A stretch of 64,000 bases of DNA, from positions 1,837 through 65,836 of the forward strand of contig DATASS010000840.1 in NCBI GenBank assembly GCA_036269175.1, in the 5' to 3' direction. The DNA is from Kofleriaceae bacterium. Its GTDB lineage: Bacteria > Myxococcota_A > Polyangia > Haliangiales > Haliangiaceae. Positions 9,483-16,504 of this stretch are shown here, piece by piece. Within the stretch, counting starts at the first letter, position 1, and each line of letters opens with the position of its first letter. The notes below the pieces were generated by a model. It saw only the letters and a list, made by a program, of their open reading frames with translations. It had not been told where the DNA came from and did no database searches. The translations under genes and the position numbers were made by a program.

Positions 9483-9590
9483 TCGGCCTCGGGGTGCCGC
9501 AAATGACTGCACCGCCGGTATGCCACACGACAAAACGCCCGCCGCGGACCCCACGCAGCGAACGCGGCGCTCGTCAGGCCGGCGCGGCGT

Positions 9591-9792
9591 TCAGTACGTG
9601 CGGCGCAGCAGGGCGAGCATCGCGCGGACGCCCTCGACGTGGTGGCCGACCCGCAGCTTCTCGTCGAACGTGTGCTGGTTGTTGTCGCCGTTGATCAGCG
9701 GGAGGATGACGAACGGCGCGCCGAGCACATCGACCAGGCTGTCGGTCGGGACGCTGCCGCCCGTCATGCGGATCCGCACCGGCGCGCCGCGC
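9591..9792 (-). pseudogene. 3'-terminal fragment copy of the M20 peptidase gene (copy 2)
   Basis: By hand alignment to 10531-10730 there are 18 mismatches in 200 nt and no indels. It encodes ...GAPVRIRMTGGSVPTDSLVDVLGAPFVILPLINGDNNQHTFDEKLRVGHHVEGVRAMLALLRRTY*. There is no upstream coding continuation. Confidence 0.85.
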
Positions 9793-9794
9793 GG

Positions 9795-9834
9795 GTGGTG
9801 CCGCCGCCCCGACCGCGCGCGCGAGCCGGCGTAG
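9795..9834 (+). repeat. copy of the last 40 nt of sseA (copy 2)
   Basis: 39/40 identical to 9016-9055, including the TAG stop. It is fused directly to the M20 fragment copy. Confidence 0.85.
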
Positions 9835-9995
9835 CAGCGAGCGGACCAGGTCCCTGGGCGCCCTGGCCGCTCACCGCCGCCAGCGTCCACAGCTAGCAAA
9901 GTTCAACCCGCGGGCCATGAACGCTCGCGAGTTGCCCGGAACATCGGTACAGCTGGGCGCGAACTGGCTCGCAGACCGCCGTCGCGCAGCCGAGA

Positions 9996-10337
9996 TCACG
10001 AGTACGAGCGGTGGTTCCAGCCGGTGAACACGTGCTGACCGGGATAGATCAGGTTGGGATTGGCCTGGAACTGCGGATTGTGGTTGAGAATGTAGTTGAG
10101 CGAACGGCCGCTGTCCTTCGCGATGTTGGTCAGGTTGTCGCCGCGCTGCACGGTGTAGTACTGCGGCTGCCGGCCGTACTCGCCGTTGCCGTACCGACCG
10201 CCGGGGTTGCCGCCGGGGTTGCCGCCGGGGTAGTTGCCACCGGGGTAGTAGTAGCCGCCCGCCGCCTGGTCGAGCTGGTCGCCCGTGACGGTCTCGAAGT
10301 TGTCGCTCTCGGTGGTCGTGAATGAGTTCGTGGGCAT
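9996..10337 (-). CDS. small LysM-domain protein with a Gly/Pro/Tyr/Asn-rich linker
   Basis: LysM core YYTVQRGDNLTNIAKDSGRSLNYILNHNPQFQANPNLIYPGQ. AAGGAA lies 5 nt upstream of the ATG at 10337. There is no Sec signal. Confidence 0.8.
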   Translation of the reverse strand: MPTNSFTTTESDNFETVTGDQLDQAAGGYYYPGGNYPGGNPGGNPGGRYGNGEYGRQPQYYTVQRGDNLTNIAKDSGRSLNYILNHNPQFQANPNLIYPGQHVFTGWNHRSYS

Positions 10338-10530
10338 GGTGATTCCTTGGTTTGGGGCCACGGCCGTGGGCACGGCCTTCGGGAGCGGGTTTTTCAACTG
10401 TCGTGCCGCCGCGAGCACGACATGATCTCGCTCGCTTACAGGAAGCGCACGGTGCTGCGCGACTACCGCGGGAGACAGCCCCGGGGCCGAACCAGCCTCG
10501 CCAGCCCACCGCCGGGCCGTGGCCGGAGGA

Positions 10531-12072
10531 CTAGTAGGTGCGGCGCAGCATGGCGAGCATCGCGCGGATGCCCTCGACGTAGTGGCCGATCCGCATGTTC
10601 TCGTCGAACGTGTGCTGGTTGTTGTCCCCGTTGACCAGCGGGATGATGACGAACGGGGCGCCGAGCACGTCGACCAGACTGTCGGTCGGGACGCTGCCAC
10701 CCATCATGCGGATCCGCACAGGCGCGCCGCGCTGGCTGGCCTGCTGGAGCGCCGCGTACGCCCACGCGCCGATCGGCGCATCGAGCGGCGTTCGGACCGC
10801 GCGGCTCCCCTCGTCCATCGTCAGCGTGGCCAGCTTGTCGTAGCTCGCGCGGTCCTGGTCGGTCGGTGGGCCGGCGACCAGGTGGTAGCCCTGGGCCTCG
10901 ACGTGCTTCTGCAGCAGGCCGAACAGGTAGTCGGGCGGCGTCTCCGGCGTGGTCCGCAGGTCGATGTCGGCGACCGCCTGGTGCGGGATGATGTTGGACG
11001 CCTTGTCGCCCACCGACGCGGCGGCCATGCCGCGCACGTTGAGCGACGGGAACTGCAGCGCCTCCTGCAGGCTGGCGCCGACCCGCTCGGCGGAGCGGAT
11101 GCCGAGCCGGCGGCGGATCGCCGGCTCGTCGTCGCCGGTCGCGGCCAGCACCTGCTTCTCGGCGGCGGTCAGCTGGATCCGGTCGTAGTACCCGGCGACC
11201 GTGACCCGGCCGTCGTCGTCCTTCATCGACGCGATCAGCCGGGCGAGCCGCACGGCGGGGTTGGGGACATAATTGCCAAAGTGGCCGCTGTGCAGCGGCT
11301 GCTTCGGCCCGTACACCGTGAGCACGACATGCGCGGCGCCGCGGTTGCCGAACACCAGCGTCGGCCGCTCGCTCGCATGGCGCGGGCCATCCTGGATGAT
11401 CAACCCATCGCACCGCAGCAGCTCCTGGTTGGCCTGGACCACGGCGCGGATCGACGGCGAGCCCTTCTCCTCCTCGCTGTCGATCAGGACCTTGACGTGA
11501 TTGGCCGGGGCGACGCCGAGCTGGCGCAGGCCGTCGAACGCGGCGAGGAACATCATGATCGGCGCCTTGTCGTCGGACGCCGACCGCGCGAACACGCGCA
11601 GCTCGGGATCGAGCGCCGGGGCGAACAGCGCATCGCTCGACACGACCTCCCAGCCGCCGGTGCGGTTCTTCCGCTTGACCACCGGCTGCCACGGGCTGGG
11701 CTGCGACCACTCGCGGTCAACCACCGGCTGACCGTCGAGGTGCATGTAGTACAGGACGGTCTTCGCCCCGGCCTGCTTGCTGGGCCACTCGGCGTACACC
11801 AGCGGCCGCTCGCCGTTGTCGAGCCGGCGGACCGTGAAGCCGCGCTTGCGGAACGCGCCCTCGAGGAACTCGACGTTGCGCTGGATGTCGGCGCCGCGCG
11901 TCGCGTCGTTGGGGAGCGCCAGCAGGTCCAGGTACTCGCGGAGCGTGCCCTGCGCGAGCTTCTGGGCGACCTGGGGCGACACCACCGGCTCGGCGCGCAC
12001 GGTGCCCGGATCGACGAGCGCGATGAGACTGGCGAGCAACGCGAATCCGCACAACCGGGAGCGAGAAGTCAT
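10531..12072 (-). CDS. secreted M20/M25/M40-family metallopeptidase
   Basis: Signal MTSRSRLCGFALLASLIALVDPGTVRA. Motifs DSEEEKGSP, HSGHFGN and MMGGSVPTD. Confidence 0.85.
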   Translation of the reverse strand: MTSRSRLCGFALLASLIALVDPGTVRAEPVVSPQVAQKLAQGTLREYLDLLALPNDATRGADIQRNVEFLEGAFRKRGFTVRRLDNGERPLVYAEWPSKQAGAKTVLYYMHLDGQPVVDREWSQPSPWQPVVKRKNRTGGWEVVSSDALFAPALDPELRVFARSASDDKAPIMMFLAAFDGLRQLGVAPANHVKVLIDSEEEKGSPSIRAVVQANQELLRCDGLIIQDGPRHASERPTLVFGNRGAAHVVLTVYGPKQPLHSGHFGNYVPNPAVRLARLIASMKDDDGRVTVAGYYDRIQLTAAEKQVLAATGDDEPAIRRRLGIRSAERVGASLQEALQFPSLNVRGMAAASVGDKASNIIPHQAVADIDLRTTPETPPDYLFGLLQKHVEAQGYHLVAGPPTDQDRASYDKLATLTMDEGSRAVRTPLDAPIGAWAYAALQQASQRGAPVRIRMMGGSVPTDSLVDVLGAPFVIIPLVNGDNNQHTFDENMRIGHYVEGIRAMLAMLRRTY

Positions 12073-12205
12073 GGCGATCCTCGCCCTGGACGCTACGCCC
12101 GGCGCATTCCGCTGTCGAGCGAGCCGCAGCAAAGCCCAGGCCAGCGCGTCAGCGAGCGTGTAGGCGTTCTTCAACCACCTCCCTGCGAGCCGCGCATTGA
12201 ATCGG

Positions 12206-12230
12206 CACTATATTTCACGCACTATATTTC
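12206..12230. promoter_or_regulatory. 11-bp direct repeat CACTATATTTC x2 (14-bp period) in a divergent promoter region
   Basis: Exact copies at 12206-12216 and 12220-12230, between the divergent peptidase and esterase genes. A-T rich and -10-like. Confidence 0.35.
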
Positions 12231-12266
12231 GGTGTGTCTCGACGGCGCACCGTCGGAGCGCCGTGT

Positions 12267-12281
12267 GGAATCACTGATTCC
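12267..12281. promoter_or_regulatory. perfect palindrome GGAATC-ACT-GATTCC
   Basis: 6-3-6 inverted repeat, about 100 nt upstream of the esterase ATG at 12380. Confidence 0.3.
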
Positions 12282-12379
12282 AGAATCGATCTTGCCGCGC
12301 TCGCGCGGTGATTTCTAGAGTCGTCGTCGCCCTCTGCCCTCGGCCCCGGCCGATTGACCACTGACCAAGGAGTGGACCC

Positions 12380-14119
12380 ATGCAGCGACGAAGCGACGTC
12401 CTTCTTGTTCCTGCGCTCCTGTCCATTGCGGTGCTCGCGGTGCTCGTGCTCGTTCCTGCGCGAGCCTTCGCCGACGGTCGATCGCACCCGCCGGCGGCGG
12501 TCCGCTGCGGTGATCTGGCGACCGACCCGCGCCACGGCCTCGCCGGCAATCCGGTCATCAAGGCGGTGACCAGCCAGGTCATCGCGGCGAGCGGCGCGAA
12601 CGCGAGCTTCTGCCAGGTCGACATCCTGTTCGGCACCCGCCCGGCGCAGAACATCAACATCCGGGTCGGGCTGCCGCTCAGCGCCGCCGACGGCGGCACC
12701 GGCGGCGTGCAGGGCGCCTGGAACGGACGGACCCAGGGGCTGGGCGGCGGCGGCTGCGCCGGCACCCTGAACGTGGCGCCCGCGGTCAACACCGGCTACG
12801 TCGGCTCGGGCACCGACCTCGGACACGCCGGCGGCAACTGCGAGCCGGGCGTCAACGCCGACGGCACGTACAACACGCAGTTCATCGAGGACTTCATCCG
12901 CACCGCGATCAAGCAGCAGGTGCTGCTGTCCAAGCGGGTGGCGGACGCGTACTACGGCGTGAAGCCGGCGTTCAACTACTGGAACGGCTGCTCGACGGGC
13001 GGCCGCCAGGGCTACCTGCTCGCGCAGGAGCTGCCCGGCGAGCTCGACGGCATCCTGGCCAGCGCGCCGGCGATCTACTGGACGCGGTTCCAGACCGCGC
13101 AGATGTGGGGCCAGATCGCGATGAAGGACCTGGCCGGCGGGCCGATCTCGGCCGCCAAGCTCGACCAGACCACCGCGTCGGCGGTCGCGGCGTGCGACGC
13201 CGCGGACGGGGTGACCGACGGCGTGATCGACGATCCCAGGACCTGCACGTTCAGCGCGACGGCGAACATCTGCGGCGCGGCGACCGCGCCGGCGACCAGC
13301 TGCCTGACCGCCGCCGAGGCCGACGCGATCGACCGGATCTGGGACGGGCCGCGCAGCGCCGACGGCAACCGGATCTGGTTCGGCCTCGATCGCGGAACGG
13401 CGCTGACCGGGCTGAACGGCAGCGCGCCGTTCGCGCTCGGCGTCACCCAGTTCCACTGGGACGAGCACGACCTCGGGTTCGACTGGCAGACCGTCGGGCT
13501 CGACGGCTACCCGCAGGTCGCGCAGGACGGCTCGCGCAACATCGCCGACGTCACCGACACGTTCGGCAACCTCGACGCGTTCCGCCGCTCGGGTGGCAAG
13601 CTGCTGACGTTCGTCGGCGGCAACGATCAGCTGATCTTCCCGCGCGGCGTGATCAACTACTACCGTGTGATGGCGTCGCGCTATGCGCATCGTGACGGCG
13701 AGTTCGACGACGTCCAGCGGTTCTATCGCCTGTTCCGCGCACCCGGCGTCGGCCACTGCGGCGGCGGCGCCGGCCCGCAGCCCCAGGACCTGTTTGGCGC
13801 GCTGGTCAGCTGGGTCGAGCACGGCGCGGCGCCGCAGCAGATCCTCGCCACGATCACGACCAGCGGCGCGGTCACCCGCAGCCGCCCGCTGTGCCCGTAC
13901 CCGCAGACCGCGCTGTACAACGGCAGCGGCAGCACCGACGACGCCGCCAGCTTCCACTGCGGCGGCAACCTCGAGCGCCCCGCCGTGGTGTGCCGGGACG
14001 CGCTGGTGACGTTCAAGCGCGAGGTCCGCGGCCGGGTCGACTTCGCCGGCAGCGGCCTCGACCGCGAGGTCTGCCGGCGTGACCACCGCGACCACGACGG
14101 CGACGATCACCGCCGCTGA
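12380..14119 (+). CDS. secreted tannase/feruloyl-esterase-family alpha/beta hydrolase
   Basis: AAGGAG RBS, a signal peptide, the family-typical nucleophile motif NGCSTGGRQG, and many conserved Cys. Confidence 0.85.
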   Translation: MQRRSDVLLVPALLSIAVLAVLVLVPARAFADGRSHPPAAVRCGDLATDPRHGLAGNPVIKAVTSQVIAASGANASFCQVDILFGTRPAQNINIRVGLPLSAADGGTGGVQGAWNGRTQGLGGGGCAGTLNVAPAVNTGYVGSGTDLGHAGGNCEPGVNADGTYNTQFIEDFIRTAIKQQVLLSKRVADAYYGVKPAFNYWNGCSTGGRQGYLLAQELPGELDGILASAPAIYWTRFQTAQMWGQIAMKDLAGGPISAAKLDQTTASAVAACDAADGVTDGVIDDPRTCTFSATANICGAATAPATSCLTAAEADAIDRIWDGPRSADGNRIWFGLDRGTALTGLNGSAPFALGVTQFHWDEHDLGFDWQTVGLDGYPQVAQDGSRNIADVTDTFGNLDAFRRSGGKLLTFVGGNDQLIFPRGVINYYRVMASRYAHRDGEFDDVQRFYRLFRAPGVGHCGGGAGPQPQDLFGALVSWVEHGAAPQQILATITTSGAVTRSRPLCPYPQTALYNGSGSTDDAASFHCGGNLERPAVVCRDALVTFKREVRGRVDFAGSGLDREVCRRDHRDHDGDDHRR

Positions 14120-15417
14120 TCGGGCTCGCGGCACGCCGACCGCAGCCAGCGCTGGCCGGCGTACACCGCGAACCCGGCGGCGATGCCGATCGCCCCCGCG
14201 GTCGCCTGGGCGGCCGACAGGTCGCTGAGCAGCCACGCCGACAGCGCGACCGCGAGCAGCGGGATCAGCGGGCCGCCCGGCAGCACGAACGCGGCCGCCG
14301 CGGCGCCCTGCCGCCGGCGCAGGACCGGCACCGCCAGGCAGACTCCCGCGCTGAACAGCAGCCGGCACACCGCGCTCAGCGCCGCGAGCCGGGCGAAGTC
14401 GACGAACACCGCGACCGCCCAGACCAGCACCGAGAACACGATCACCGCGCGGTGCGGCGAGCGATGGCGCGGGTGGATCGTCGCGAGCGCCGCCGGCAGC
14501 TGGCCGTGGCGCGCGAACGCGTACAGCAGGCGGGGGCCGACCAGGATCACGGCGCTGATGCTGCCGAGCGTCGAGACGATCGCGCCCACGGTGAGCAGCC
14601 AGCCGCCCGGCGCGCCCAGCACCTCGCGCGCGGCCGAGGCGAGCGGCGTCGGGCTGTCGGCGAGGCCCGGCAGCACGCCCTGGGCGACCACCTGGATCAG
14701 CACGTAGATCACGGCGACCGCGGCGATCGTGGTGAGCAGCGCGATCGGCAGGTGCCGCCGCGGGTTCACCGCCTCCTCGGTCGGGACGTTGGCATTCTCG
14801 AACCCGCCGTAGGCGAACATCAAGAGCAGCGCGCCCTGGCGCAGCGAGCCAAGCGCCGGCGGCGCATGCAGCGCCACGCGCGCGGGATCGATCGCACCCA
14901 GCCCGGCGATGATCAGCACCGTGAGCGGGAGCAGCTTGGCGATGGTGAACACGTTGACGGTGCGCGACGCGCCGCGCACGCCGTACACGTTGACCGCCGC
15001 CAGCCCGCCCACCGCGACCGTGATCGCGGCGACCCGGCCGGCGCCGGTGGCCAGCGCCGGCTCGAAATAGCCGAGGTACGCCACGAACGCATTGGCGATC
15101 GCCCCGGTGGCGAGCAGCCGGGTCAGGAAGAACAGCCAGCCGATCAGGAACCCGACCAGCTCGCCGAACGCGTCGCGCGCGTACAGGTACGGCCCGCCGG
15201 TCTCCTCGGAGCGGCTGCCGGCCTCGGCGAAGCATGCGACCACCAGCGCCATCAGCACCGCGGCCACGACGTAGGCCAGCGGGCTCGCCGCGCCGGCGAG
15301 CCGGTACACCGTCGCCGGCAACACGAAGATCCCCGCGCCGACCACGCCGTTGAGCGCGATCGCGGTCAGCCCGGCGAGGCCGACCACACGCAGCAGGCGC
15401 GGCGGACTGGCCGTCAC
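14107..15417 (-). CDS. APC-family amino acid/organic acid permease
   Basis: GTG start overlaps the upstream stop (GTGA). GLTAIALNGVVGAGIFVLPA and GGPYLYARDAFG. Polytopic. Confidence 0.85.
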   Translation of the reverse strand: MTASPPRLLRVVGLAGLTAIALNGVVGAGIFVLPATVYRLAGAASPLAYVVAAVLMALVVACFAEAGSRSEETGGPYLYARDAFGELVGFLIGWLFFLTRLLATGAIANAFVAYLGYFEPALATGAGRVAAITVAVGGLAAVNVYGVRGASRTVNVFTIAKLLPLTVLIIAGLGAIDPARVALHAPPALGSLRQGALLLMFAYGGFENANVPTEEAVNPRRHLPIALLTTIAAVAVIYVLIQVVAQGVLPGLADSPTPLASAAREVLGAPGGWLLTVGAIVSTLGSISAVILVGPRLLYAFARHGQLPAALATIHPRHRSPHRAVIVFSVLVWAVAVFVDFARLAALSAVCRLLFSAGVCLAVPVLRRRQGAAAAAFVLPGGPLIPLLAVALSAWLLSDLSAAQATAGAIGIAAGFAVYAGQRWLRSACREPDQRR

Positions 15418-16397
15418 ACGTTGTTCAGGATGCGGAGCGCGGTGCCGCTGAAGATGGTCTGCTTCTCGTGCGCCGGGATGTCGAGGCCCTCGATCGAGGT
15501 CACCGCGCGGTCGATCGACCCCAGCATGTGGGGAAAGTCGCTGCCCATCACCATGTGATCGACGCCGACCAGGTCGCGCACCATGCGCAGCGCCGGGCCG
15601 CTGAAGCTCACCGTGTCGTAGTGCAGGCGCTTGAGATACGTGCTGGGCAGCGCGTCGATGTGGGCCCGGCACTCCGCAAAGTCGCGATAGCCATTGTCCA
15701 GGCGCTCCATCAGATATGGAATGGCACCTCCGAGGTGGCCGATCACCCAGCGGATGTCGGGGAAGTCGCGGAACATGCCGGCGAAGCACATCCGGGCCAC
15801 CGCGAGGCTGGTGTCGAACGGAAACCCGATCAGCGGACCGAGCACGTACTCGTTGAACACCTCCGACGCCACCGGGATCATCGGGTGCAGGAAGATGCAC
15901 AGCCGGCGGCGGTTGGCCTCCTCGAAGAATGGCCGGTAGCTCGGATCGGTGAGCGCGCGGCCCCGGATGTTGCTGAGCAGCACCACGCCGTTCATCTTGA
16001 GCTCGCCGATCGCGCGGTCGAGCTCGCGCAGCGCGGCGTCGGGCGCGTCCATCGGGATCGACGCGAAGCCCTTGAACCGCGTCGGATGGTGCGCGATCAG
16101 CTCGGCGTAGGCGTCGTTGACGATCCGGGCGACCTCGGCCTGCCCCGCCGGCTCGGCGAAGAACACGTTCGGGGTCGACAGCGACACCACCTCGACGTCG
16201 ATCCCGACCCGGTCCATCGCCTCCAGGCGCAGCGCCGGATCGGTCATCGGCGCGGTGACGCCGAAGAACCGCGCGCCGCGGTGGCGGATGATCGTCCGGC
16301 CGGTCGGGTCGGTGCCGAACGAGAACTCGCCCGGTGTGTTGCGGATCAGCTCGAAGAACGAGGCGGGATAGTAGTGGGTGTGCAGATCGTACCGCAT
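15414..16397 (-). CDS. amidohydrolase_2 (ACMSD/LigW-type metal-dependent decarboxylase/hydrolase)
   Basis: MRYDLHTHYYP at the N-terminus, ...HLGGAIPY..., and GSDFPH near the C-terminus. Confidence 0.85.
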   Translation of the reverse strand: MRYDLHTHYYPASFFELIRNTPGEFSFGTDPTGRTIIRHRGARFFGVTAPMTDPALRLEAMDRVGIDVEVVSLSTPNVFFAEPAGQAEVARIVNDAYAELIAHHPTRFKGFASIPMDAPDAALRELDRAIGELKMNGVVLLSNIRGRALTDPSYRPFFEEANRRRLCIFLHPMIPVASEVFNEYVLGPLIGFPFDTSLAVARMCFAGMFRDFPDIRWVIGHLGGAIPYLMERLDNGYRDFAECRAHIDALPSTYLKRLHYDTVSFSGPALRMVRDLVGVDHMVMGSDFPHMLGSIDRAVTSIEGLDIPAHEKQTIFSGTALRILNNV

Positions 16398-16504
16398 GCG
16401 GTCTCCTCGTCGCGGTGACGCGGCGGCAGCCTATCACGCGGCATCGCCGCTCCGGCCCTGCGTTTGGCGTCGACCTGCCAGCCGGTTCGGCGTAGCCTCG
16501 GCTC

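Noticed and set aside
9263-9526. 87-aa minus-strand ORF overlapping the promoter and 5' part of the small peptide gene
   Set aside because: It has no RBS and its composition is not protein-like (His/Arg/Asp-rich). It overlaps the better-supported signal-peptide ORF in another frame.
9591-10730. Diversity-generating retroelement (template/variable repeat) as an explanation for the duplicated 200-nt M20 segment
   Set aside because: The 18 mismatches are not adenine-specific on either strand; they are mostly A/T in the gene versus G/C in the relic. The window has no reverse transcriptase, and the copy is a truncated gene end rather than a C-terminal variable region.
9014-10730. Integron-like cassette array
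   Set aside because: There is no intI-type integrase. The two cassettes share no attC-like imperfect palindromes that I could see. The repeated units are fragments of the flanking host genes.
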